A stretch of 63,413 nt of DNA, filler included, from Bigelowiella natans CCMP2755 (taxonomy: Eukaryota > Protista > Cercozoa), in NCBI GenBank assembly GCA_000320545.1. It is 6 parts of 6 records of this genome, joined end to end, with 100 filler letters (N's around TTAATTAATTAA, not from the genome) between each part and the next. Parts side by side here need not be neighbours in the genome. Positions count along the whole stretch, not along the records: positions 1 to 29,458 come from ADNK01001517.1; 5 more parts are not named here. One strand, given 5' to 3'. Made by a program: the position numbers and the translations under genes. The notes under the pieces were generated by a model. That model did not search any database, had not been told where the DNA came from, and worked only from the letters and a program-made list of their open reading frames with translations. Within the stretch, counting starts at the first letter, position 1; each line of letters opens with the position of its first letter. Positions 1 to 13,550 of this stretch are shown piece by piece.

Positions 1-44
<44 letters not shown>

Positions 45-52
45 GATTTTAT

Positions 53-961
53 ACTTCATCATTCAAGCAGAGTGTGAAGTGCAGGCACCTCTTTGTCTCT
101 AAGAACTTAGAAAAGACCCCCTTTAGCATGTAGCTATCGATTTGGCCATCTTCCTCCTTTTCCTCCTCCATAGTCACCCTGGGTTGTGGCGGTCTCTGCT
201 GTGCCAAAGGCCTTCTTCTGCTTTTGCTTTTGCTTTTGCTTTTGCTTGTTCTTCTTCTTCTTCTTCTGCTGCTATGGGCAGCTCTTGGCTTGGTCCAGCC
301 ACCGCAAAAACCAACGTGACGAAACCCCCGCTTGCAATCGGGATTTCTAGTGCACTGCCCTTCAGTGATGTGCTTGGATTGGGGGCCGGCACTGAAGTGT
401 TTTCTCTTGCGGCGCGACACATCATCAACATGATCAATATCACCGCCGTCACTATCATCATCGATCTCATCGTCCTCGTCTTCAAATAATATCCCGTTCT
501 CGTCGTCGTCAGTACAGCGCCCAGAAAACGCGTCATCGCCTCGGGCACTACTTCCGTGCTGTTTCTCGTTGGGGGTGGTGGCGGTGGTGTTGCTTTGAGC
601 TGTGTCAGATTTGGAGACTATCTGTGGGAGTCAAAAGGTGCAGAGACGGACGATTTAGAACAAATTACTACGGTATTATCCGGAGAATAACCAATCACAT
701 TCTACTCTTTTCCACACGCAAACACACGTATCTGGTGGTGTGCATGTTTAAAACGACGCGGAAATGTGTGTTGCTTATACTGCACGTCGAGAGGGGAGGG
801 GCGAGGCTATGTTGGCATTACTTCTAGTTTGAGAAGTAGCTTCATCATGTCCCTCAGTCTAGGTGGTTAGAATAGCAAAGACCACCGATGTTATCAATAT
901 GATGTGAATTGTGGATAATTTATATGAATATTATTACATTTTACTTTTAAACACACACACA

Positions 962-997
<36 letters not shown>

Positions 998-1005
998 GAC
1001 ACACA

Positions 1006-1049
<44 letters not shown>

Positions 1050-1501
1050 CATATATTTACAAATACATGTCTATCGTATGAGAACGTAGAAGCAGCATCC
1101 ATAGAAGCAAAAACCTCCATCATCATCATCATCATCATCATTGTCATCATCACAATGCCTTACTCTGTTCGCATTCCATCGATTTCCTCATCAGACCCAT
1201 CCACCTATCATCATGGAAAAGCATAAGCATATATACGTATATATCCGTACGAAGACGTGGGTATACTCCTTTTCATCCTTAGTTTCTCAGGATGTGGATG
1301 CAGCGGCAAAAAGTAGGCGCTGTCGTGACACATCGGCGCGCCGTGCGTTTTTGTTTGAGAACCACACACCATGAGATCCAGGGAATACAGAACGATGCAA
1401 AGGTGGTCTAACAGCCGCAGCTTTCCGCGTGTTTCCGCGGTCAGCAAACGGTACCCTTCATATACACAACAAAACAACAAAAGCAATAATTACAGCAGGA
1501 A

Positions 1502-1538
<37 letters not shown>

Positions 1539-1950
1539 ATATATGTATATCTTTAATGCTATCAACGCGGAGAAAGAGAGCAGCTGCGTCGTGAAGAGAG
1601 TAGCATGCATGCTGGATATTCCGTCATCACATGGCCACAACCTCGGCGCTGTTGTTCGCGCTTTTCGTCCACTATCCCATGGAATGCCTAACCAATCAAC
1701 AGCATATTATTAAGTGGCGCGCATACAAACGCCATTGATTGCACGTGTACATAAACGACGCACGGCATTGAGGCAAGGTTGGTTTGACAACGCTCTCAGT
1801 AGCAGCAGCTATAGCACCTTTTGGAAGCAATGAAATTGTTTCTTGACGACGGATTTAAGCATATCCCAGGTATGAGCATCAGTCTCCACATTCTTCCTTA
1901 ACGTCTAGAAACACAGTTACATCTGAAAACTCCCTCACATTACACGTATT

Positions 1951-1994
<44 letters not shown>

Positions 1995-2333
1995 GTCTGA
2001 GAGTGAATGAAAGAGAGGCTCTCCAGTCGAAGACCGGAGAAGAGAGGAGGACTGTGGAGGCCGAGAGCGTTCCCTGTGAGCATATCAGTTTGTCTGGTGA
2101 TGATGATGATGATGATGATGCCGATGAAGGAGATTGTGCACACAGTGAGGAGGAGGAGAAGTAACATAATAAATTGTATTAGACTTGACTAAATCTGCTA
2201 TAAGTTCTCTATAATATCATGATGCTGACCAACCATCATCAGGGACTTGTACGTGTGGAGGGCATAGTTATGGTGCTGCACTTCCTCGTTGGAACGGATA
2301 ACGCTCTTTGCGAGATGTGTAGGTAGTAGCAGC

Positions 2334-2369
<36 letters not shown>

Positions 2370-2478
2370 ACAAAAGCTCAGTATCCTGTGACTACTATAC
2401 AGGTCTTGTGTAAGATCTCGTAGCCATTCTTTTAGTGCTATTGAGTGATGATGGTGGATCATGCTAATGGGTGAGTAT

Positions 2479-2510
<32 letters not shown>

Positions 2511-2617
2511 GAGGAGGAGGAGGAGGAGGAGGAGGAGAAGTACCTTCAGTGAGGCCTCCATAACGTCCTGATAGCGTCCAACCCACTCCTTGTGTATGCA
2601 CTCGATCTGGTGGAAGT

Positions 2618-2662
<45 letters not shown>

Positions 2663-3104
2663 CAATGATTATTAATAAATGAGAAAGTAGATGTGTTTAT
2701 ATTAGTATTCCATATGAATGCAGTATCTACACAGATGGAAGATATTAGATGACGAAGCTGAGAAAAGGAGCAACACCACAGAGAATATAGGAGGGGGGGG
2801 GCTAGAAATGCGACGAGCACCTTGTTCTTAGCCTCCTGTGTCAGCAAATCCCTTTCGTTAGCAATGACTTGCAACCGAACAATCTGCATTCATAAGATGA
2901 CAAGTAGCAGAAACGTCGAGAGAAGCTTATGGCATTATACCTGCAAGCGTAACAATATTCATAGCCGAGTGTACCATATCTTCCACCACAATAATCATCG
3001 TCTCCCTCCCCCTCTCCCCCTCCTCATCATTGTTCGTCATTATCTCTAACCTGCGTTTGCAGCTGACACAGAGCCTCCCTAACAACGTGCCCCATACCAT
3101 AAAA

Positions 3105-3141
<37 letters not shown>

Positions 3142-3307
3142 AGCAAAAAAAGTGATGAGAATGGTTTTGGGGAGAGGAAAAGGGGGGGGGGGGGGTGGCA
3201 TCATGAAATTGAGGCATCATGTTTCTGCGACTACTCGTTAGTAGTACCACTGCGTGATCAACTCCGTTGTGGATCGAAACTTGGGCCCAGCCTTCAAAAC
3301 ACACGAT

Positions 3308-3341
<34 letters not shown>

Positions 3342-5206
3342 CACTTATATCATCATCCTGCATTGAATACAAACCACAAGACAGGTCAGCAGCAGCAGCA
3401 GCAGCCAAGGATGATGATACTTGTGTGTTGCTCCTTTCGCACGTCGTCAACCTCACCCACCCACCCACCCACTCACCCACCCACTCACTCACTCACTCAC
3501 TACTACCGAGTCCATGAACTGCTGTAAGCTGTTGTAACGAGCAATTGTGATCTGAGCGAACCTGGATCAATCAACCACCGTGATTCATTGATGAGATGGT
3601 GCCTTTCGGTGTAGTATCATTCCATTGCCACAGGAACATGTGTCGTCATCGTCGTCGTTGTTGTTGTTGTTGTTGTTATTGTTGTCTTCTGATCACATAC
3701 CTCTCAATGTTTATGGAACTCCAAGATCCAGTCGTCTGCCAACCACAAGTAGTATGTATGTATGTATGTATGTATGTATGTTGGTTTGTGTGTATGTATG
3801 TATGTACGATTAAGGAATGATTTGTATCCCATGCTACTCTCGGCAGCAGCAGCAGCAGCAGCTCATGTTGGGACTTTCGATAGAGGAGTTCTTCTCACGT
3901 GATTAGCGTGAAATGGATCTTACTACGCCGCACCTAGCACTTTCCTTATCTTCGTGGGTACTGAGTCGCCAAGAACCTGTAGTGATCGATGGAAGTGTAG
4001 TAATGCGGCGGTGTTTGCCTCCCTGCCTCGTGGGAGAGGCAGCAGCCGTGATGACAACAAAGGGACCTAGCTAGGCCATAGCTACACAATAATGGAGGGT
4101 TTCTTTTTAAAAAAATACCAAAGGAAACAGGGGATCGAGGAGGTTGTTGCAAGAGGATTCGTTGTGATAGTAATGGTGCTGATGACGACGCCCAGTCGCA
4201 TGATCTTCGTTACTGCATACATGCATGCGGACATACCTCCACGCAGATCAACAGGTTGTTGATTGAAAGGGTCTTTTTCTTCTCAGAGAACTCACGTAAT
4301 CTCTTCTTCAGATTTTGCAACGCATCGGCAGCCCTTCGAGAGATTTCTTTATCACTGAGGGTGAAAGGACAATTGTCGTATCGACGATGACACATGCATG
4401 CTGCTGCAGGCCGAAACATTATCACCAAACCTGTGCAGGGAAAACACTCTCAAGACAGGGTGCATAGCAGCAACCCAAGTAAGATCGAACTCCGCCAAAT
4501 ACTCAAGGTTCTCCAGCTGATATGATCATTATGATTATTCCCCACAAACCAACATCCATCCATCGGCAACACACCAGCATCATGTTTCTTCATACGAGCA
4601 TGCAAGTCTCTCTTCGGAGTCAAGAGCAGCCAGGGCTGTCGTATGGTTATGAACGAGATGTAAGCTAGCGGTGCCGCACCTCGGACAACAGATCGAAGGT
4701 TCTTATCACGTGTGGCTTGCAGTGCTCAGGGATTTGGGCACGAACTGTTGTCTGAAACACCACCAAAGCAAACACGCTACGAGTCAGCTAATGTCGCCAT
4801 AATAAGCTGCTGCTGTTTCTGCTGCTGCACCGTCCCTGCGAGCGACGAAAGCTTCATCTCACCTCCACAGCGCTCGCAGTAAACACACTGTGCAGGCACC
4901 CTCCAAAGACAACATCGACCTTCTGAGCACATGTAATGTTATTATTATTGTGGTTCGTCAGCGGTGATTGACAAATTCTTCTTCTCCTTCTTCTTCTTCT
5001 TCTTCTTTGACTTTCTGTCGTGTCGTCGGGTAACACAACAACCTACCTTGTCCTTCTTACGCGCTAGAATGTGAGCCATTTCCGATTGCCTACCAGCCAC
5101 AAATTGAGCTCTATGCTCTTGCCCCAAAAGAGCGCGTCTCCTGTGGTAAACAGCAGCACCAGCACCAGCAGCACACATTGTGCCCGTTAGTGTTAACAGG
5201 TGGTGG

Positions 5207-5250
<44 letters not shown>

Positions 5251-5515
5251 TAAATATATATATTTGTATGTAGCGCTATTTTGGTAGTGGTTTTTGAAGA
5301 TCTGGGGTCTTTAGGCCCATTAGAATAAAATTTGGATTCGTTAAACTGACGATAGTCTGCCACGAGGTTTCGTTCCTAGTGCCGTCATTTCGAACTTCTT
5401 CGCCTTCGAGGTAAGGGTGAGAGACGCGGTTTTTAGGCGGCCGTATGTTGCTGCTTTCCGGCCAGGTCTTCGACGAAGAGATGTCGTGTCGCTGCCTGTC
5501 TTTTCCTTCATCATG
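53..5515 (-). CDS. Multi-exon gene of unknown function, probably running off the left edge; last visible exon has a C-x5-C-x5-H-x3-C motif in a basic, low-complexity region
   Basis: Minus-strand open segments bounded by AG/GT between microsatellite introns (e.g. RRALLGQEHRAQFVAGRQSEMAHILARKKDK ~5047-5140; DKEISRRAADALQNLKKRLREF ~4235-4355; CTRNPDCKRGFRHVGFC 304-354). No family recognised; may be more than one gene. Confidence 0.4.
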
Positions 5516-5770
5516 ATTTCTTCCCTATCGTTGCATTGAGGCTTGCGCTCTTCTGTTTATGCCGCCCCGCCCCCTTCCTTAAACCGGAGACTCGCCCCAA
5601 TTGTCGTTATTGGATCGTTCCGATGAATATTCCGGAAGTCAAAATAGATTTTTTTTTTTAGGGTATTTTAGCAACAAATTTACTTCGTAATGTTGCATTC
5701 CCCACGCTGATTTGTTTTTGGCGCCAAACAATTGCTCCGTCTTCGTTGTACTAAACACATCCTAGGATCC

Positions 5771-7295
5771 ATGACCACAGCTATCGCCGAAGAGAAGTTG
5801 TCGCAGCTCATTAGACCAGTTAATGTTAGGTAATATTAGGTAACATTATTAGGAAGATCTAGATAGAGTCTACTGAATCAAAGCTGTACGAAAAGAGGGA
5901 AATCGAAAATACAAGGGTAATTATCATGTGCGACAGAGAGCGTAGCGAACACTTTACCGGTCATTTGTTAAAAATAGAGCGCCGATATTTTAGGCGGAAA
6001 TAATAATCATGCGTTGACGTCTTGATAATACGAGAAAATCCTTGCATTTTGGCCCTGCGTCAAGCTCTCAGCAGAATCTCCAGCGTGCTACGCTCGTACT
6101 CGGGAAGAGGAAAAAGATTCGCACACACCAAACGACACCGAGAGGAGGGAAGAACGAAAGTGAGCATGTCATCGGAACAGAAGGGAGGTTCTTTGGCTAA
6201 CGCCAGGTGCATATAAACTAGAGAGTCTAACATTACGCGTACGCTCCTCAAAATTGCCAAGATCACCGAAGTTTGCAATCTTTAAGCATTCTATGATTCA
6301 ACCATTAGATTTTACGAGAGGATTAGGAGCTATTTCGCTTATAAGTTAAACGCTGTCAAGGTGCACAATATCTTGGCGCTTTGTGGACTAAAACGAATCT
6401 TGATGAAAATAATGTTCGAATGGGCTTGACCGTGTGATCATCGTTTCGTCTAATAATTTCTCAGGGCAAGGAGGGTACCCCTACCACCAAGCAGCTTGTC
6501 GCCTACATTCATGGAATGAAAGTAAAAATCCGTTGACATCGAAACGTATTCGATTACTAATGAAAATAAAATCTTAGCTGCAAGTGGATTCCGTTCTCGG
6601 TGGCAATCGCCCAGCAAAAGTAGTAAGCAGTAGAAGCACTCCTGTCCAAAACGCAAAAGTTATATCAATTTATGTTGTTCCTCTCTCATTTTGGCACATT
6701 TATTTTCCACAGGTTATTGACCCTATTATCGCTGCCTTCTCTTCTATTGGTAACTTATCCCATCTTAAGCAATAATATATGATAGCGTGATGACATTTTA
6801 CAAATTTTCATGACTGGTTGCTGTTACTAACATTGAATACGATGTTGTGCTGCTGTGAAGGCTGGGATTGGGGTAAAAATGCACCGAAAGGCATGGAGCC
6901 TCCAACAATTAAAACGGTATAGTGATCGACAGTTGGAGTAGTAGTAGCAGTAGAAGTAAAGCAGTAGTAGTAGCAGTAGTAGTAGCAGTAGTAGTAACGT
7001 AGTAGAAGTAATAATAGTTCAAGCAACTTTGTGCGGCTGTAGTATTGCCTTACCCCCTGATCCCCTCTTTTCTTCCCTCAGGTGACGGAGATGCTGACTA
7101 GCTGTTGCAAAACTTTCTTTGATCTTGTGCGGATTGAAAGGTAAAAAACTTAACAAAAACCTACCAAGCAGATAATATCTCATAATTCATCATTAAAAAA
7201 AAGGCAAAAAGTTGCTGAGAAGTTGGAACCTACGGAATCCGACCTGCAGGTGTATCTTCGAAGAATATCGTTAAGTTTTCTGTTAGTAATATGAA

Positions 7296-7337
<42 letters not shown>

Positions 7338-10115
7338 TCAACTGTACGTGCACATACCATTTCGTGCTTAGGCTGCGGTATGCCACCTATTAGCTCTTAC
7401 TGACATTTAATATATTGGAAAATGCTTTAGTCTCTTGACAACGGAGTCGACAAGCTGTGGGAACTGGACGTTAAGAACCGTCTTAAGCCAGGCAAAGACT
7501 ACGAATTAGACCTCCAGTGTGGCAAGAAACCTTACCACGAAGGCGACAGAGCCTCTCGCCCTTTGTTTAAATACGTTAATGAGGAAGCTATCAACCAACG
7601 GCCAACATACAAAGCTTTCCTGAACCTTCTTGACAACTATGAGAGGGTAAAGCCTTAAACAGCCACTGCTAATACAGAGACCCATTCGAATCGGTTGCGC
7701 GGCACACTACCCTTTGAAAGAAAAATACCTGTTATTTATAATAGTCCTCCCCTTTTCCTTCCCACCAGCTTCTCTTCATTACTTGCTTTGTACTAGGCTG
7801 TTGCAGTCCCAGAGGTCGAGACTTACCATGAAAAGAAGGTCGCATCAGTGATGAGAAACACTCACTCCTGAAGAAAACATTCAAAGCACAATAGCCTAAT
7901 GATGATGATGATGATGGTGATATACTCAACAATGATTATGGGGAATATCAACGCAGGAAATCCAAACGTTTCTCAACAAAATCATGGAAACCGATGTCAT
8001 GAAATACTGCCACCAATGGCTGGAGAAGAAGGTGATATACGAACACAGCATCAATGCCGTCGTCTGCTGATTTGTTCAAAACGTGAGACGTATGCATCGC
8101 TGATGCTCACATCGCTGATGCTGCTGCTGCTGAATGCTGAATGGAAATAAAAAGAAATTGACTTCGGGAGACGTGGGTGCTTTCAAGAAGCTGCTGCAAA
8201 AAATATGGTTTGAGCCTTACAAGCGTGAGTACCACAGCAAAGGTAGTGGTCGCAGTGCTAGTAGCAGTGGTAGTACTAAGAGCGAGGCGGGGGGAGGGGG
8301 GCAATGAACGGGATAGTAGCGTATAGTTGCTAATCATGATGATTGAATGAGAAAACAATGAAGTACTACTGAAGCCATACACCGCTATAATTGCGTGTTG
8401 ATGATACTGAAATCTTTTCCAAACAACTGAACACTGTGGTGGTGGCTGGCTCTTTCTTTCTACTATTGCCACATCACACTTATGATGGTGTTTAATGTTC
8501 CTAAACATAGCCCCGGATTCCAGTGGATTTGAGCATGTTTTCGTGGGGGAGGTAAAAGTAACTATAGTAATTGTCGCTGATGTTGGATGCCATTTTACTA
8601 ATGCCTTTCTGTACTGCTTTTTGCTGCTCCTCCTGCTCTCCACATTCTCCCCGCCTGGTTAAAATTTTGATGATCATAAATCCAAACCATCGTCTTAATC
8701 CTCATCGTCATCATCGTCATCGTCGTCACTGTTTTCTTCCTCTTTGATGACGTACTTACTAGGAACGAGACGGTAAGATCATTGGCTGCCACAACTGGAT
8801 CCAACTATGGCATGAAGAGAAACACGGAAATCTCAACTATTTGGTAGTATTATGTAGGGGAAATATGCATTATCTACTACTATGTAATGTATGTATGCAT
8901 GTATGCATGGATGTGGCAGAAAACAAATGTGAAAACGAGATAACATAGTAGGAAAGGGGGGGGGGGGGAGGGGTAGATAGTTCTGACTGAGAGCTGGAAG
9001 AAAGAGAAGTCAGAATGAAGGGGGAGGAGGTTGTATGAATGCAATGAGTAGCAGCAGCCAGCAGCAGCCAGCAGCAGTCAGCAGCAGTGATGGAAGTATA
9101 TCAAGAAGATCGTCGTGAAGAAACGGTGTACCAACAGTGCCGACAAAGAAAATATCAGAAGTCCGCAGCCTAATCTTTGCTATTTTGGTGCTTTGTCGTT
9201 GTGCTTGCTGCTCCTTTTCGTATATCGTCAAACAGGGGTTCATTTATCCCAAAAGGCGTGGTGCTGACAGGGACGAAGATGAGCATCTCATGACCATCCA
9301 ATATGAGTGGCGAGAAGGAAAAGGCGACAAAACTTGGGAAATAAAGCCTGTTGGGACCTCATGGGTTGGAGTCAGGTAGTGGGAGCTTTGTTGGTGTTAT
9401 TATTTTATCATCAATCATCATCAATCATCATCAATCATCATCAATCATCATAATCATCATCACCATCATCATCATCAGTTACATACATTCACCAACGCCA
9501 TTTTATGTATCTTTGGCGTGGTTGTTAAGCACCGTTTTGGTCGTTTCTTCTCCTTCAAAGGACTTCATTGACTGATTCCTATTGTCACATTACCTGTTTT
9601 TACGTTGAAAAGCCCCGAGTTTGAGATTGCCCTCTACACGATGTGCTTCCTAGCAGGCGAAAAGGTGGCAAAACAAAGATATAATGTCCGTGATGATTGT
9701 CAGCAGCAGTATCATCGTGTCTTGAAAGTGCCGTTGTTACCATGCCGTCGTTATATGTTCGTTACCGATTGTTGAAACTACACAACTTATCATCTTTGCG
9801 GTTAGGAAAACAACATTGATGTGGGTCCTTACCGCGTTCTTATCAAGTGTTACTTCATAATGAGGAATGACGGGGATTCCCGTCGTAAATTGAAGGTAGG
9901 TGATTGCCGGTTTTCTGCATGTTGATAGTCGTTTATCTCATTCACGATCTCCTTGTGTATTGCATTTGAATGGCGATAACAGCATCTTCGTCTGTTTGTT
10001 GCCTTTTTTTTTTTTTGTAACTCATTTTTCTCTTTTCTTTTTGTAGTATCTGTCGACATCATACCCAGAAGAAGCGCCCTACACCAAGGAGGAGGATTCA
10101 TATAACAGGTTCTGA
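5771..10115 (+). CDS. ENDOU: EndoU/XendoU-family uridylate-specific endoribonuclease, multi-exon, probably with a long N-terminal extension
   Basis: Hand-spliced exons give KLWELDVKNRLKPGKDYELD, PTYKAFLNLLDNYE, IWFEPY, DSSGFEHVFVGE (~8511-8551), GCHNWIQ (~8784), KPVGTSWVGVS-PEFEIALYTMCFL (~9345-9650) and YLSTSYP, with TGA at 10113-10115. These carry the EndoU catalytic His/His/Lys motifs. Joining of exons 5771-6750 is frame-compatible but less certain. Confidence 0.9.
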
Positions 10116-10992
10116 AATTAAGACGTCATGGCTAGCGATCGCTTGAAACAGCACGTCAGGATATGTGGATGGTGTGGAAATGAGAGGGGTTGCACGATGC
10201 GACTCTAATAGTATTGGCTGTGAGAAAGCATGGAACTCCGAATTCCCTGTACGTGCGTGTCGTACGTGCATATCTACATCGTTACGTATCCATGTTTGCA
10301 AGATAATTTGTCAATAATTGGAGAGTATATACGATTTTCATCGTCGTATCTGGAGTTTAGAGTTTGATTTGATTCTATATACGTTCGTTCAAGACATGAG
10401 GCGCACGCATGCTCTCATGCTTAGCATTCTAGCATTGTAAGTTATGCATGCACGCACGTGTGCGAAAAGCATGTGCTTAATTGTATGTCTAGCAGATAGC
10501 TATTGCAAATATTGTATATACGCTAATGATGTACTCTGTCTTGTGTGTCTTTGCTTGGCATAATTGAGGCATGCCTTAAACGTCACTCGCCGCTAGCTAC
10601 ACGCATGGACGCATCGCTATGCACATTTATCAGAATCTCTGCAATGATGACAATAAAAGCGCATCGTCAAGCTATGCAGTCTGTTATACTGTCCCGATTC
10701 AGTGGCTACTAGCCGTGCGTGGCTACATGATATGTAAAATCGAGACATGACAAACGCCATGCAACACGCAGTCAACAATAGAATCACTGCATGGCACCTA
10801 GATAGCTGCGCTGATCGAGTACACACCCATTTAGGATTGTGTGTAAGTGCGATTTGTTTCCTTAAATAAAGCTTTTTCTTTATTATATATTTATCATCGT
10901 TCTACTAAATGCCAGATGGAGAATTATATGAAAGGTCAAGTGGTCAGAACTATGGTAACCTGATATCTAAATGTGCTCAGATACATTGCTTC

Positions 10993-12480
10993 TTACCAAT
11001 CAGATTCAGAACTACTTGAAAATTCTTCTTCCGATGAAGTGCTGCTGACGTTCTCCCCAGCATCATCATCATCAACCCCACCACTCCGAACATCTTGTGG
11101 GCAAGGGCTTTTGTCGTGATTATCATTTATACAGTTTTGATGGCTCTGCGATTCTTCCCCATCAATCTCTTCGACTATTTGTGCTGTATTTCTATTATTA
11201 GTCTCATTCTCGAGAACCGCGGGACCACCATTTCTTATCTGGCATGCAGAAAAAAAATCGACATCTTTCAAATCGTCAGCGTTCAGAACCTTTCTCGCAG
11301 TACCATTACTTTCTATAATGGAGATATTCAATCTGGACAGCAACTCATCAAATGACAACTCGTCAAGGCGTTTGTTCGATTTATCTTCCCCCTTTTGTAT
11401 TCTGCTTTTCTCATATTCGACAGATGCTTCGCGTAGAAGCCGCGTTCGCCTATTCTCCCAATCGGGTGGTCCATAAGCAAACGTCCTTAGCTTGTAGTTC
11501 AACAGCAAAGCCCCCTTGTTCTAATGATGTAATAGCGCAGAGGTACAGTGACGGTTTAGCATGTATGGGCAATTTTGTTGGGTGTATTCCACCTGCAACT
11601 GAGGGAAATCCATATAGTAGTCTTTTTCTACTCTTATCCCTTTGAATCCCATGGTATAAAAGAACCCAATGACAGCGGGGTTTTGAAGAGGTTGGTACGT
11701 CAGAATGTCAGTAGTAGAAGTATCGCTCAGAGCCATGGATTTGATGTGTTCAAACATCTGTTTGCCTAATGCCGACACAAGCCCAAAAAACAATGCAATA
11801 CAATATGAAGAACAAAAAGAAGGAAACTTATTTCAAACAATTATTTCGTAGAATCTGGGCGAACATCGCTAACATCACCCTCTAACATCATGCGCTAACA
11901 TCACCCTGAGAGAATAGTTTCTCTCTATAAGCTTTGCTTTCTGTTCTGTCTCTTTCAATTGGACATTATATGCGTTAATTAGATATTCGTATCGCAATTA
12001 CACCTCATTTGACAACTAATCAGAAAACATGATCTTATATTTCTTATTTACAACGACAAATTATGTGACAGAATCCGCTAGCTTCAACTATTACTACCTA
12101 ATGAGAGTCCTTGAAATGCTGGCAAGATTCCAAATGATAAAATGAATAACCGATTTCCATCTCTTCTTCGCTTTGTGGAAGGGTCCTCTCCATGTCTACC
12201 TCTGTAGCATGAGAAGCCTCCAATAACGGAATCATTGAGGAATGCTGCATGTTAATAAACTTCTCTAAATCAGAATTGAAGAACCTCTTCTTTTACATAT
12301 AAGCCTACCTATACGTAGAATATTCTCACAAACGCTCGAATAGAATTATCATTGTAGCTTCATGTACCAACTCGGGAGAAGTTGTTGAATTTTGGATCTT
12401 GCAGAACCCTAGAGTAGTGGTCGCGACCGAATTCAATCGGAAACGCTTCTAAATCTGCGTTCCTCAACGTCCCCGCATCG
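10993..12480 (-). CDS. Multi-exon hypothetical protein with acidic Ser-rich C-terminus
   Basis: ORFs 10993-11508 and 11521-11793 plus upstream open segments (DLEKFINMQHSSMIPLLEASHATEVDMERTLP ~12160-12270). No family recognised; start approximate. Confidence 0.5.
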
Positions 12481-12530
12481 CTCTCAGAGAGAATCCTCCT
12501 TTATGTTTTAGATAATGATATTTTTTCCGT

Positions 12531-13550
12531 ATGGAACAATTTTATCCATCAATACGTTTATATGTAACATGTGTGTTTTATGACCTAAAGTTTAACGATT
12601 TTCGAAGCAGCAGGTAGCTATAGTTGTGAGGCTTTCTTGGCGCTGCGCTTCTGTGAAAAAATTGCAGCACATTGTCAGTTTGTTAACATGACCTGGCCAC
12701 ACAGCCTCGCTTGGTTCAATATTTGATAAATACTTCCAACTCACCTCCACACCAGAAACATTATTGAAGCAACTGCAAGTGCCAAGACTGGTATTCTCGT
12801 GTACTTCTCGCGACGCTTCATCGTTTGTAAATGGAGATAGTACAGATGATGATAAAACCAAAAGTAACGCTGACTGTCCCACGCTTTGTCCCCCCACCCT
12901 CATACCATCGCGTTCACCAAAGATGGAAATGAGTTGAGGGGTCGATGATAAGTTTTGGCCAAATTCTTTTGAAATCCTTCTTAGTCATTCTCAGCGTAAA
13001 TTTCGATCTATTTATTTTGTTGGTATTCGCAACATCTCCACCAACAACAAGTCTCGAAAACGGAAGGTGTAAATCCCGGTTACCAGGGTCGTCAGCCAAG
13101 TTTGCTTGACAGCCCCATCCGAGCTATCGTTCGCTTGGTCGGCAAAAAGGACATGAAGAAACGGCTCCGACTCGTTCGAACCGATCCGTTCATCATCGAT
13201 GCCGAAGGTTTCGTACAAGTGCACAGCAGCGCGTTCGTCCGGTCCTTGTGTTTTGTGAAAGCAGTGTGGGTGAATTGCATGCACGTGGATGTCATGTGCG
13301 AGAAAAGCAGAGTCAACGTTCGCACAGTCCCAATTCCGTGTGTCCTCGCAAGATGGAGCAACGCAAACATGTTTGAGTCCACCGTGAATTCTTGCGTTCG
13401 GTGTTGGAAAGAATCGGCTGCATGGAAGAAGATGATGACAAAATGGGTCTGTCGAGTTTCATGAAGACGACCAGAATGTCCACATCTTGAACCATGTTGC
13501 TCTTCACATGCTGAAACATGTGGTCAAGGGAGGTCTCTGACGACAAATGG
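12531..13550 (+). CDS. Probable short-intron hypothetical gene whose 3' half lies in the TpA-depleted domain
   Basis: ATG at 12531 and plausible exons (SLGSIFDKYFQLTSTPETLLKQLQVPRL; LLDSPIRAIVRLVGKKDMKKRLRLVRTDPFIIDAEGFVQ; HREFLRSVLERIGCMEEDDDK). Strand and structure are inferred. Confidence 0.35.

Noticed and set aside
947-3820. Poly-YI, poly-CV, poly-L and similar ORFs here and throughout
   Set aside because: Translations of intronic microsatellites.
5771-10115. EndoU as a functional partner of the NLR or the mutator
   Set aside because: Only proximity supports it; EndoU is a widespread RNase with no deaminase motif.
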